Below, in pieces: positions 30,445 through 39,285 of a stretch of DNA of 52,508 bases. The notes beneath the pieces were generated by a model. The model had not been told where the DNA came from, did no database searches, and worked only from the letters and a program-made list of their open reading frames with translations. Position numbers and translations under genes: made by a program. Every line of letters begins with the position of its first letter. Position 1 is the first letter of the stretch. Origin of the DNA: a virus (lineage: Duplodnaviria > Caudoviricetes); the IMG/VR virus record IMGVR_UViG_3300032342_000012, positions 1 to 52,508 of that record; one strand, given 5' to 3'.

Positions 30445-30627
30445 TTATTTGGTAAAGCACGCTTCTACAGTTGACGGGTCTAACGTCTCCTCTAGATCAT
30501 CGAGGATATCATAGATGTCCTCGTAGATTACTGGTTCGTTAACAAACTTGTCGGCATGTTTCTCGAGAAATCGAAACAGTTGGATTTCTGTGTAGGCAAC
30601 AATAGCATGTTTTTGATCATCGGTCAT
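30445..30627 (-). CDS. Hypothetical acidic protein
   Basis: 60 aa; AAGGA RBS. Confidence 0.6.
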   Translation of the reverse strand: MTDDQKHAIVAYTEIQLFRFLEKHADKFVNEPVIYEDIYDILDDLEETLDPSTVEACFTK

Positions 30628-30656
30628 TTATTGTCCTTTTTATTAGACTTATATTA

Positions 30657-30923
30657 CTACTTGAAGATCACGTGTGTAACCTTATCATATACCATCTTAG
30701 GTATAGATGAGTACACAAGCTGGACAAATGTCACCCATTTTGTTTGTTTATCGTCATAGTTCTTTAGAGCAAGTTCAATTGTTTCGCGTTGTGGCTCAAG
30801 AATCGAGACGATCTCTTCATACTGTTTCTTAGATACAGAAGGTGTTGTAAGGAGAACGAATTCTTCCAGATGCTCAACTTTCTTTGTCTCGGGTGTTTCT
30901 GTCATTAGTGGTTCAATTTTCAT
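30657..30923 (-). CDS. Hypothetical protein
   Basis: Start moved to the ATG at 30923 (AAGGGA RBS), just after the previous stop. Confidence 0.6.
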   Translation of the reverse strand: MKIEPLMTETPETKKVEHLEEFVLLTTPSVSKKQYEEIVSILEPQRETIELALKNYDDKQTKWVTFVQLVYSSIPKMVYDKVTHVIFK

Positions 30924-30924
30924 G

Positions 30925-31215
30925 TTATCCCTTGACGCGTTTTTCAACATAATCAGCAATCTCTTCGAACGTACTACCACCATCGTTTAGTTCTGCTAGA
31001 AACTCCTGCCTTCTGGAATCAAGACCACATTTAGCGAGCTGTTTTGTCGAAAGTAGATCTCCACCTTTACTTTCTGATGCGTCACTTGGATCCATAATCT
31101 CTCTTAACACACCGAGACAGCAGTATCCTTGGAAGTTTTTAAGTTCGCCTGTTGTTTGTTCATATTGTCCTGACCGTAGTGCCTTAATCCATTTTTTCTT
31201 CCACGATGTAATCAT
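30925..31215 (-). CDS. Phage hypothetical protein (WxxALRSG..Q / CCLGV type)
   Basis: WIKALRSGQYEQ, YCCLGVL, LNDG..TFEEIADY. Confidence 0.75.
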   Translation of the reverse strand: MITSWKKKWIKALRSGQYEQTTGELKNFQGYCCLGVLREIMDPSDASESKGGDLLSTKQLAKCGLDSRRQEFLAELNDGGSTFEEIADYVEKRVKG

Positions 31216-32186
31216 TGTTCGAACTCCTCGTTCATTTTGTTAAAGTACCATTCTCTTGTTCGAGTATTAACAACCTTGACAACGTCTTTCCATTCAAACC
31301 CGTTGCCTTCAATTGTATCTGTCTCTTCCTTGAGAATATCGTTGGCAACCCACTTCATGAATTTACCCATGTTCTGTGGGATGTGTGGTGACTGATCTTC
31401 ATTAACCAGCCAATTTAGTCCCTGTCGAAGTCGACCCTCAGGGAGGATTACATCAACGCAGGCATTAATGTTGTTAACCTTTTCGATGTCAACACTTGCA
31501 ACTTTTGTGACTTTCGTCACACTATGTTTCTGACCTTTCGTCTTAAACCACAAGTGTGTATTTTCTGGTCGTTCAGCACAAATCCAAACGATTCCCTCAC
31601 CAATACCAGTGAATCCAAAGTGTTTTGTCCACGGACATTCTTGTTCAACGTCCAGAGTTAACTTTTCCAAAGTTGGCGATGCTTGTTCTGGATTCTTGAA
31701 GTCTATATCAATTGTAAATGGTTGCACTTCATAAATGTTGTAGATTGATGCACTATGATTGTGAACGTTTGTTTGAATTGGTGCATAAACACCATCGATA
31801 ACATATGCAAACAATACCCATTGCTTTGGTAAATTTGATAATCCAACCCCTTTCTGTATATTTCCACCAATCCATTCACCATACAATGTAATATCGTTCT
31901 CTTTGGTTCCAAGTAGGTCAAATAGCCCATGTAGAATCGATTCTGGTATTTGGAAAATAAATCTTGCAAATCCGTGATTGTCATTGTCAATATCAAGGAT
32001 TCGTTCCCTTGACTGAGGCTGAATTTTGTCGTGAAAACGACGAAGACCAGCATTGGTCCCATGTAGTTTTGGTGATCCAATGAACGTGAGTGTAGGAATT
32101 AAATGCGGTGATGAGATACGATTGAAGTCGTCACGAACACATTTAACAACTGTTCTATATTGCTCGATACTTGGGAACTTGTTCAT
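31212..32186 (-). CDS. RNA ligase, Rnl2-like nucleotidyltransferase
   Basis: Motif I KLHGTN, YGEW, GEGIVW, KTK. Confidence 0.8.
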   Translation of the reverse strand: MNKFPSIEQYRTVVKCVRDDFNRISSPHLIPTLTFIGSPKLHGTNAGLRRFHDKIQPQSRERILDIDNDNHGFARFIFQIPESILHGLFDLLGTKENDITLYGEWIGGNIQKGVGLSNLPKQWVLFAYVIDGVYAPIQTNVHNHSASIYNIYEVQPFTIDIDFKNPEQASPTLEKLTLDVEQECPWTKHFGFTGIGEGIVWICAERPENTHLWFKTKGQKHSVTKVTKVASVDIEKVNNINACVDVILPEGRLRQGLNWLVNEDQSPHIPQNMGKFMKWVANDILKEETDTIEGNGFEWKDVVKVVNTRTREWYFNKMNEEFEQ

Positions 32187-32252
32187 TTTACTATTATCTC
32201 TTGTTGGACTTAGTTTGCATTGTTAAGACTCGTAATCTTTTCATCATCTTCT

Positions 32253-32281
32253 ATTATACGTTGGTCTTATAAAAATTTCAA
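32253..32281 (-). promoter_or_regulatory. sigma70-type promoter (leftward, RNA ligase operon)
   Basis: TTGAAA-17 bp-TATAAT. Confidence 0.75.
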
Positions 32282-32283
32282 CG

Positions 32284-32312
32284 TTGACTACCCTTCAGAA
32301 GAAAAGTATAAT
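32284..32312 (+). promoter_or_regulatory. sigma70-type promoter (rightward, dCMP deaminase/RNR)
   Basis: TTGACT-17 bp-TATAAT. Confidence 0.8.
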
Positions 32313-32369
32313 AATCAAAGAGTAAGAAAACTAAAAAACCAAAAACGACCAGGAATAAATATCTCAACT

Positions 32370-32786
32370 ATGAAATACAGACAGAAAAAAGTCCACATGA
32401 AAGTGGCATACGAATATTCAAAACTTTCGTACTGTGAAGATAAAAAGGTTGGCTGCGTGATTGTAAAGAATGACAACATTATCAGTATCGGCTATAATGG
32501 TACTTCTCCTGGAGAACCTAATTGCTGTGAAGATAAACATGGAAACACTCTTCCTGACGTTATTCACGCTGAAGAAAATGCCATTATAAAACTAGCAAAG
32601 ACTACTGGTGGAGCCCTTGACGCTTCATTATTCACAACATATGCTCCTTGCTTGGCGTGCTCACGTCTAATTGCAAATTCAGGAATTACCTCTGTTTACT
32701 ATTTCGAGTATAACTCAAAACATCCAGAAGGCAGCGAATACCTTGAAAAACGAGGTCTCTGGGTTGAACAAATTCTAATCGACTAA
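32370..32786 (+). CDS. dCMP deaminase
   Basis: KVGCVIV, GYNG, HAEENA, APCLACS. Start set at ATG 32370 because the track's start at 32220 lies upstream of the promoter. Confidence 0.92.
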   Translation: MKYRQKKVHMKVAYEYSKLSYCEDKKVGCVIVKNDNIISIGYNGTSPGEPNCCEDKHGNTLPDVIHAEENAIIKLAKTTGGALDASLFTTYAPCLACSRLIANSGITSVYYFEYNSKHPEGSEYLEKRGLWVEQILID

Positions 32787-32806
32787 CAATAACAAAAGGA
32801 ATTAGT

Positions 32807-35461
32807 ATGGTCATGGCTGACAACGGGGATTCTTTGACTTCTAACGTGTACGAATCCAAAGACAGGCAAGTAACAGTATTTAAAGATCCATTTTCACAGG
32901 AAGTTTGGTCATCAACGTATCGTGATCATAATGATATAACAGTTGATGATACGACGTATCGAGTAGCGAAAGCAGCAGCAAGTATGGAAACCACTCAAGA
33001 ACTTCAGGAAGAGTGGACAGAAAAGTTCTATGATATGCTGTCCGAATTCAAGTGTACCGCTGGTGGACGAATTTATGCTAATGCCGGTACGGAATGGAAG
33101 GGGACCACGTTAATGAACTGTTATGTTGGCCCTCGTGTCTCAGAAGATCCTGATTCTCTCGATGGTATTCTAACACATCTTCGTCATCAAGCACAAACTT
33201 TAAAGTCAGAAGGTGGATGGGGTGAAAACTTTAGCTATATTCGTCCAAGAGGTTCTTTTATTCATGGCATTGGCGTTGAGACGCCAGGTGCTGTGAAATA
33301 TATGGAACTATTCGATAAGTCATCAGATGTAATAACATCCGGCTCAGGAAGAAAGAGTGCGAATAAGAAAGCTAAAGGAAAAATCCGCAAAGGTGCAATG
33401 ATGGGTGTTCTTGATGTGTGGCACCCAGATGTGGTTGAGTTTATCACAGCAAAACAACAACCTGGTCGTCTAACAAAGTTTAACCTTTCTGTAAATTGTA
33501 CAGACGAGTTTATGGATCGTGTTTCGAACATCCAAAAACTACAAGCATTTGCAGATCGAAACGTTCCTGGATATAATCAATACGGAAAACAAGAAGTTGA
33601 AGAGAAGATTGCTGAACTAGATGAATGGGATCTTATTTTTCCCGATACGAACCATCCAGCTCATAAAACAGATTGGGATGGTAATATCAAGAAATGGACA
33701 GATCAAGGACATCCTATTGTCGTTCATAATACAGTGTCTGTAATGTGGTTGTGGAATCTCATTATGGAAAGTACATACAATAGAGCTGAACCAGGTGTGT
33801 TATTTCTCGATCGTGCAAACCACTTTCTTCCTCTTTCTTATGCTGAGACAGTATCCGCGACCAACCCTTGTGGCGAACAGGTCCTAGCTCCTGCAGGGGT
33901 GTGTAACCTCGCGTCGATCAACCTTACCCAATTCGTTAACGCAGATCTTATGGATTTTGATTATGCCAAGATTGCAAAATATACAACATATCTAGTTCGC
34001 TTTCTTGATAACATTAATGATCTCACTGATGCTCCACTACCTCAGTATGAACATTCGATTCGTAATAAAAGACGAATTGGTGTTGGTATTCTTGGTTGGG
34101 GATCTGCATTATACATGTTGAAGACAAGATTCGCAAGCTCCAAAGCAAATGAATTTCGCGATCGTGCTATGGAAACAATTGCTAGAACGGCATATATGAC
34201 ATCAATAGATCTAGCGCAAGAAAAAGGAATGTTCTCATATTGTGATCCAATAAAACATTCACAAGGTCGATTCATAAAGAGTCTTAGTCTTCCAGATGAA
34301 TACCTTGATAAACTTCTTAAGTATGGAATACGAAATAGCTCACTTTTGTCAATCCAACCAACAGGAAACACGTCAATTTTTGCCAACGTTGTCTCAGGTG
34401 GATTGGAACCAGTGTTTCTCCATGAATATGTTCGCACTGTAATTGTTGGAGACATGCCTGCCGAAATTGCACCTCAGACACCTCGTTGGTTTGAGGGGGC
34501 ATGGCATGAAACGGAAATGTTCAAATTCACAACTGAAGGTGATGAAGAAATTCTCCGTGGTGTTGCTGATAATGGTACAGTTTACAAAATCGACAAGAAT
34601 CGTGGTCTGACAAAAGAGGTTCTTTGTGAAGATTATGGTGTTCGTTTTATGAAGCATTGTGGTCAATGGGATCCAAATGCTGATTGGGCTGCAACAGCAA
34701 TGAGTATGACCGTCAATGATCATGTTAATGACTTAATTGGTTTCGCTCGTTGGGTTGATAGTTCAATATCAAAGACGACAAACGTTCCCTATGACTATCC
34801 ATTCGAACAATTTCAGAACATCTATATTGAGGCATATAAGTCTGGATACGTTAAGGGCGTAACAACATATCGTGCTGGTACAATGACAAATGTTCTTGCT
34901 GCAAAAGATGAAAAGGAAGCAACAAATGATGATGAAGAGATCATCCTACAGGATGTTAAAATGGGAGACTCGTCTGAAGCTTCAATGAAAGTTATGCGTG
35001 TTGAGGGCAAGAAATGGTACCTTACTGTTGTGTGGAATGAGACACGAACGCGTCCGTTTGCACTATTCATTCACACAAATCATCCGGAAAAGTCTACTAC
35101 AACAAACGATGCTGTCGAAAGACTTCTTGAACTTGCTGAAAGAAAGGGAATACCACAACGACATATTGAGACTGTTTACGAAAAGATAGAAATTGACAAC
35201 AATACAACGAAGATCACAAGAATGATTAGTTTGTGTCTTCGTCACGGTGTACTAATTAAGAATATTGTTGCAACACTCGATAAGGTTGAGAATGTATATG
35301 CTGGCTCGTTTTTGTTCCAGGTAACAAAATACCTAGCGACGTTCATTAGAGATGGGGAGAAAGTCGAAGGTGAGTTGTGTTTAGAGTGTGGTAGTGACAA
35401 AGTGATTTACACCGAAGGGTGCAAAAAATGTTTAAATTGTTCTAGTTCAAAGTGTGGTTAA
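32807..35461 (+). CDS. nrdJ: Ribonucleotide reductase, class II (adenosylcobalamin-dependent), with C-terminal TSCPD-like domain and Zn-ribbon
   Basis: MNCY, TNPCGEQ, CNLAS, SIQPTG, ISKT, KGVTTYR; C-terminal CxxC...CxxCxxC; no beta subunit adjacent. Confidence 0.85.
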   Translation: MVMADNGDSLTSNVYESKDRQVTVFKDPFSQEVWSSTYRDHNDITVDDTTYRVAKAAASMETTQELQEEWTEKFYDMLSEFKCTAGGRIYANAGTEWKGTTLMNCYVGPRVSEDPDSLDGILTHLRHQAQTLKSEGGWGENFSYIRPRGSFIHGIGVETPGAVKYMELFDKSSDVITSGSGRKSANKKAKGKIRKGAMMGVLDVWHPDVVEFITAKQQPGRLTKFNLSVNCTDEFMDRVSNIQKLQAFADRNVPGYNQYGKQEVEEKIAELDEWDLIFPDTNHPAHKTDWDGNIKKWTDQGHPIVVHNTVSVMWLWNLIMESTYNRAEPGVLFLDRANHFLPLSYAETVSATNPCGEQVLAPAGVCNLASINLTQFVNADLMDFDYAKIAKYTTYLVRFLDNINDLTDAPLPQYEHSIRNKRRIGVGILGWGSALYMLKTRFASSKANEFRDRAMETIARTAYMTSIDLAQEKGMFSYCDPIKHSQGRFIKSLSLPDEYLDKLLKYGIRNSSLLSIQPTGNTSIFANVVSGGLEPVFLHEYVRTVIVGDMPAEIAPQTPRWFEGAWHETEMFKFTTEGDEEILRGVADNGTVYKIDKNRGLTKEVLCEDYGVRFMKHCGQWDPNADWAATAMSMTVNDHVNDLIGFARWVDSSISKTTNVPYDYPFEQFQNIYIEAYKSGYVKGVTTYRAGTMTNVLAAKDEKEATNDDEEIILQDVKMGDSSEASMKVMRVEGKKWYLTVVWNETRTRPFALFIHTNHPEKSTTTNDAVERLLELAERKGIPQRHIETVYEKIEIDNNTTKITRMISLCLRHGVLIKNIVATLDKVENVYAGSFLFQVTKYLATFIRDGEKVEGELCLECGSDKVIYTEGCKKCLNCSSSKCG

Positions 35462-35472
35462 ATTCAGAATAT

Positions 35473-35480
35473 TATAAATA
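35473..35480 (+). promoter_or_regulatory. T4-type late promoter TATAAATA
   Basis: Exact motif 17 nt upstream of the 35498 start. Confidence 0.55.
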
Positions 35481-35497
35481 TTCCAAATGGGGGCTAT

Positions 35498-35920
35498 ATG
35501 AAAAAATTACTGATTGGTTTGTGTTTAATGATCGCGAGTTCAGTAGGATTGACTGCAACATGGGAGTATCTAGGAGTCGTTGGACCCATACAGGTGTATA
35601 TCGACCGTGATAGTGTGACTATGCAAAACGACGGAACGTATCTTGCAGCAAAGATGGTTTTTGATAGACCACAAATAGTTAGTGGTTACTATGACACATC
35701 TCAAGATCGTGTTATTCCCTTTCCACCAAATACAGCAGTTGCTTATGTTATCTCACGTGTGTTTATTGCGTGCAACGAGAAGGGGTTCTACATAAACGAC
35801 GAGACGCTTTATGGTGTTGACGGGAGAGAGATCTTCACCTACGTACCATCTAGATCAATCTTAACGGAAATTGCACCAAAGGCACCATCGGGGATGGTTT
35901 TTAACGTGGCGTGTGATTAA
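35498..35920 (+). CDS. Secreted/periplasmic protein, surface-adhesin-E-like beta fold
   Basis: Signal peptide MKKLLIGLCLMIASSVGLTA; W...YIDRDSV; paired Cys (IAC...VAC). Confidence 0.6.
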   Translation: MKKLLIGLCLMIASSVGLTATWEYLGVVGPIQVYIDRDSVTMQNDGTYLAAKMVFDRPQIVSGYYDTSQDRVIPFPPNTAVAYVISRVFIACNEKGFYINDETLYGVDGREIFTYVPSRSILTEIAPKAPSGMVFNVACD

Positions 35921-35930
35921 ACTTTAAATA

Positions 35931-36191
35931 TTAGTCTGGTCGAATAAAAAATGAACAATCACAATATTTGCATCCTACTGGATACATGCGATCATATGCA
36001 TCAAAGTGCCTATAATAAGGATGTCCGCAAATACAAATGATACTGTCCCCATATTTGGGATTATAACTTAACCCTTCATAGGTCCTTCTGATAATTGACC
36101 GTATATAAGGTGGATTACCATCTTCGACAACATCTTCAATTGTCTGAAATGTTTCACGTTCATATTCAGGATATCTTCTAGTAGTCGTCAT
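35931..36191 (-). CDS. Small Cys/His-rich (Zn-binding) phage protein
   Basis: CICGHPYYRHFD...CKYCDC; start placed at MTTTRR (AAGGA RBS). Confidence 0.65.
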   Translation of the reverse strand: MTTTRRYPEYERETFQTIEDVVEDGNPPYIRSIIRRTYEGLSYNPKYGDSIICICGHPYYRHFDAYDRMYPVGCKYCDCSFFIRPD

Positions 36192-36435
36192 CGTCAAATC
36201 GTCCTTTTGTGTACGAGTCATCATATTCGAGGTCCTGTTCATCCTCGTTGACTGTTACTTGAGCCCATTCATAAACGGAACTAAAGATCCGATCGGACAA
36301 TTCATCATAAATTGTCCCATCTTCTTGTTGTTCAATTCCAAAAACAACAATCCATTCCTCAACCTCTGTTTCGCTAACTTGTCTAACAAGTTCACTAATT
36401 CTGTAACTTGTTGTGCTGTGATGATGCTTACTCAT
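36178..36435 (-). CDS. Hypothetical acidic protein
   Basis: 85 aa within a tightly packed operon. Confidence 0.6.
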   Translation of the reverse strand: MSKHHHSTTSYRISELVRQVSETEVEEWIVVFGIEQQEDGTIYDELSDRIFSSVYEWAQVTVNEDEQDLEYDDSYTKGRFDDDDY

Positions 36436-36436
36436 T

Positions 36437-36673
36437 TTACTTTTTATTTAACTCCTGTGTTAATATTGTTCTAATAGATTCAGCAATCTCAATGCTGATA
36501 TCCGATGTAGGATTATTGGACATCATCATAAGATCATGAACCGCTTCTACATCGTATGAGACCTTAATGTTCAATTCTTGTAATGGTATAAGCAATTGAG
36601 GATGAATTGAAATTGTTCCCAATGTAACCGATACTTCGTGAATAAGTCTGTCTAGAATATCATCTTTTGTCAT
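36437..36673 (-). CDS. Hypothetical protein
   Basis: 78 aa; ATGA overlap. Confidence 0.55.
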   Translation of the reverse strand: MTKDDILDRLIHEVSVTLGTISIHPQLLIPLQELNIKVSYDVEAVHDLMMMSNNPTSDISIEIAESIRTILTQELNKK

Positions 36674-36861
36674 AGTAGTGGTAACTTTGTAGTTTCTGAA
36701 CCTAGTTTAACAATCAGATAATCTTTGTAGAGTTTGTCGAAAATATCAGCTGCATCAGCTAACTGTTCATATGGATTCAGTACTATTTCATTATCAGGTT
36801 CTAGATCGTCATAATACCCATCGAGCCAGTGTTTGATTTTTTGTATCATATTAGTCTCCAT
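36670..36861 (-). CDS. Hypothetical protein
   Basis: 63 aa, overlapping the topoisomerase stop. Confidence 0.5.
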   Translation of the reverse strand: METNMIQKIKHWLDGYYDDLEPDNEIVLNPYEQLADAADIFDKLYKDYLIVKLGSETTKLPLL

Positions 36862-38170
36862 ATTTTTTAAGGACTTCCTTGAGTTCTTTAATGTAGATCT
36901 TTCGTCTCTTGTCAGGATTGTTTAATAGATCAGCGTATTCAGCCTGACGTTTTTGTGCTTCGACAAGTTGCTGTTGCGTCTTTGCTTTTTCTTCCTGTGT
37001 AAATCTGTATATAGGGAGTTGGGCGATATAATCAAGATTGACAATGTTATGTTCACGTAAAAATGCAACAAGTTCATTCTTGTTCTTAATTATGCTTGCA
37101 ACCTGTGCAACACCACTATCTATTGCTGTGATAATATCAACATACCTTTGGATCTCTTCGGCAACAAGATCGTACAATCTTTGATAGCGTGTGTGGTACC
37201 ACTGAAGTCTCCAGTCACAAAATTTTTGAACGACTTCTGGAAACGATGTTAGCATGATTGCTTTATGGTCGAAATCAAGAACGTTCATGATTTCCGTTTC
37301 GGCATTGTATAGACCAAGAATACCAATAATCTGTATGTGTTGTTTTGCTGTTAGGAATCCTTTCGAGAATGTGATAACAATGTCTATCTTGTCCTTTGAT
37401 TGATCCTCGTAATCAACAATACCAAACGCTTCTTTAAGGTTTAGTAGCTTTTCGTCAAACCTACTATGTGTCAACCCATAAGGAAGTTTCGTTACACGAA
37501 GCTGATTGTGTGAGAGAATAGTGTACTCACCCTCAAAAGTCCAACGAACGTTTGTTTCCTCTTCGCGTTTAATAGCACGGTTTTTTGTTGGTGTGAACTC
37601 TGGATATACGTCGTCAACAAACGGTGATCCTTCTAGATACGCAATTTGTGATGTGACGATGTCGGATAGTTTTCTTGGTAGAATGTCACACTTAAACCCA
37701 ACAGCAATACCAGATGTTGGATTAAGAAGAACAACCGGAATTAGTGGAAGAAAGTGTTTTGGTTCTTCAAGAGTGTCATCATAGTTTGCAACCATTGGAA
37801 CAATCTCAACGTCAACAAACACAACATCCTTCGTGAACGATGATAGTTTGACACTTGTGTAACGAGCTGCCCCAAACGAACCTGGTTCTAAGAGAGTGCC
37901 GAATGCTCCAATTCCATCAAGAATAGGTATATTGTTTACATATGGACCGGCAAGAGTGTTGACAGCATCTTCTGGACTCGCATGTGGGTGTATTGGCATT
38001 GTTGCACCCGCCAGGGTTGCGCTCTTTACCTTCTGACCATCACGAGCGGTCCACAGCACCCTTCTGTGACTAGGTTTAAACCCATCACAGATAGAAGGGA
38101 TTGCTCGACTTGTTAGAACATACAAAGAAAACTCACGACGTTCGTCGTTAATATACTGGGAAGACGTCAT
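36851..38170 (-). CDS. Type IIA topoisomerase, breakage-reunion subunit (GyrA/ParC/T4 gp52-like)
   Basis: RAIPSICDGFKPSHRR, HPH, GAFG, catalytic AARYT, GIAVG. Confidence 0.93.
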   Translation of the reverse strand: MTSSQYINDERREFSLYVLTSRAIPSICDGFKPSHRRVLWTARDGQKVKSATLAGATMPIHPHASPEDAVNTLAGPYVNNIPILDGIGAFGTLLEPGSFGAARYTSVKLSSFTKDVVFVDVEIVPMVANYDDTLEEPKHFLPLIPVVLLNPTSGIAVGFKCDILPRKLSDIVTSQIAYLEGSPFVDDVYPEFTPTKNRAIKREEETNVRWTFEGEYTILSHNQLRVTKLPYGLTHSRFDEKLLNLKEAFGIVDYEDQSKDKIDIVITFSKGFLTAKQHIQIIGILGLYNAETEIMNVLDFDHKAIMLTSFPEVVQKFCDWRLQWYHTRYQRLYDLVAEEIQRYVDIITAIDSGVAQVASIIKNKNELVAFLREHNIVNLDYIAQLPIYRFTQEEKAKTQQQLVEAQKRQAEYADLLNNPDKRRKIYIKELKEVLKKYGD

Positions 38171-38222
38171 TTATAGCTCTTTAACCTTCCGTATGGGTCT
38201 TGTAAGAGTAGGAACTTTGGTT

Positions 38223-38522
38223 TTATTGGCTTGTCCATACAGATCTCTCTATTAATTCCTCAATGGGATCATTTTCAGTGTTAAACCGACAGTCATGTTC
38301 TCGTAAAACGTACAACCTTTCGCCAATCGTATCAGCTACGATTTGTAATTTGGCTCCATCACGAGTTAGATCTAGGTCTCCAAACCAAACTTTGCCTTGA
38401 CTTTTTGTGATAATATTTGCATTCCATACACAAACGTGACTTTTGGGTCCACTTTTACTTGCAGAGATCATTCGTCCAATGTGGAGGTTTTGTTCTTTTA
38501 GTAGTTCAGTTACATTGCTCAT
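38223..38522 (-). CDS. Hypothetical phage protein
   Basis: GRMISASKS...WNANI...VWFGDLDL...LYVLRE; start placed at MSNVT. Confidence 0.7.
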   Translation of the reverse strand: MSNVTELLKEQNLHIGRMISASKSGPKSHVCVWNANIITKSQGKVWFGDLDLTRDGAKLQIVADTIGERLYVLREHDCRFNTENDPIEELIERSVWTSQ

Positions 38523-39273
38523 AATGTTTTCCGCAAAATTGTGCCTCAAGTAAATTAAAAAAAGCAGTTGCAGTTGCCTCTTCGTATATTTTCAAAGCAG
38601 ATGCTATTGTCTCTTTGTATATTTTCAAAGCAGATGCTATTGTCTCTTTGTATATTTTCAAAGCAGTTGCAGTTGCCTCATTGTATATTTTCAAAGCAGG
38701 TGCAGTTGCTTCATTGTACATTTTCAAAGCAGGTGCAGTTGCCTCCTTGTATATTTTCAAAGCAGTTGTAATTGCCTCATTGTATATTTTCAAAGCAGGT
38801 GCTATTGCCTCATTGTATATTTTCAAAGCAGGTGCCTTATTGTATATTTCCAAAGCAGGTGCCTCATTGTATATTTTCAAAGCAGTTGTAATTGCCTCAT
38901 TGTATATTTTCAAAGCAGATGTTCTTGCCTCATTGTATATTTTCAAAGCAGGTGCAGTTGCCTCTTCGTATATTTTCAAAGCAGGTGCCTCGTCGTGTAT
39001 TTTCAAAGCAGGTGCTATTGCCTCATTGTATATTTTCAAAGCAGGTGCAGTTGCCTCCTTGTATATTGTTTTATACTTCGCAACTGCCTCTTCGTATATT
39101 TTCAAAGTAGCTGAATCTAAAAACCTTTTCATCCAGTGAACTTGCAATCCTGCGGCTAATGCTAAATCCCAATTGGTCTTATTAAATTTAGCACCGGCAG
39201 GAAAGGTTTTATTAAATAGGTCGATTTGATCCTGGCAAGCATCTTTAAGGTGTTCAGAGGAGGTAATTAACAT
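38506..39273 (-). CDS. Helical tandem-repeat protein, (P/T/S)ALKIYNEA(TA)n
   Basis: 255 aa; unique ~55-aa N-terminus followed by ~17 units of 11 or 9 aa. Confidence 0.75.
   Translation of the reverse strand: MLITSSEHLKDACQDQIDLFNKTFPAGAKFNKTNWDLALAAGLQVHWMKRFLDSATLKIYEEAVAKYKTIYKEATAPALKIYNEAIAPALKIHDEAPALKIYEEATAPALKIYNEARTSALKIYNEAITTALKIYNEAPALEIYNKAPALKIYNEAIAPALKIYNEAITTALKIYKEATAPALKMYNEATAPALKIYNEATATALKIYKETIASALKIYKETIASALKIYEEATATAFFNLLEAQFCGKHYEQCN
38565..39110. repeat. 33/27-bp coding tandem repeat with near-invariant core TATATTTTCAAAGCAG
   Basis: About 17 copies directly visible. Confidence 0.9.
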
Positions 39274-39285
39274 TTGTTTTCACCA

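Noticed and set aside
32220-32369. 50-aa N-terminal extension of dCMP deaminase given in the track
   Set aside because: It spans the divergent promoter region; ATG 32370 gives a typical enzyme length.
38565-39110. CRISPR array or mini-array
   Set aside because: The inter-core segments are only ~11-17 bp, resemble each other and always preserve the reading frame; there are no cas genes. It is a coding tandem repeat.
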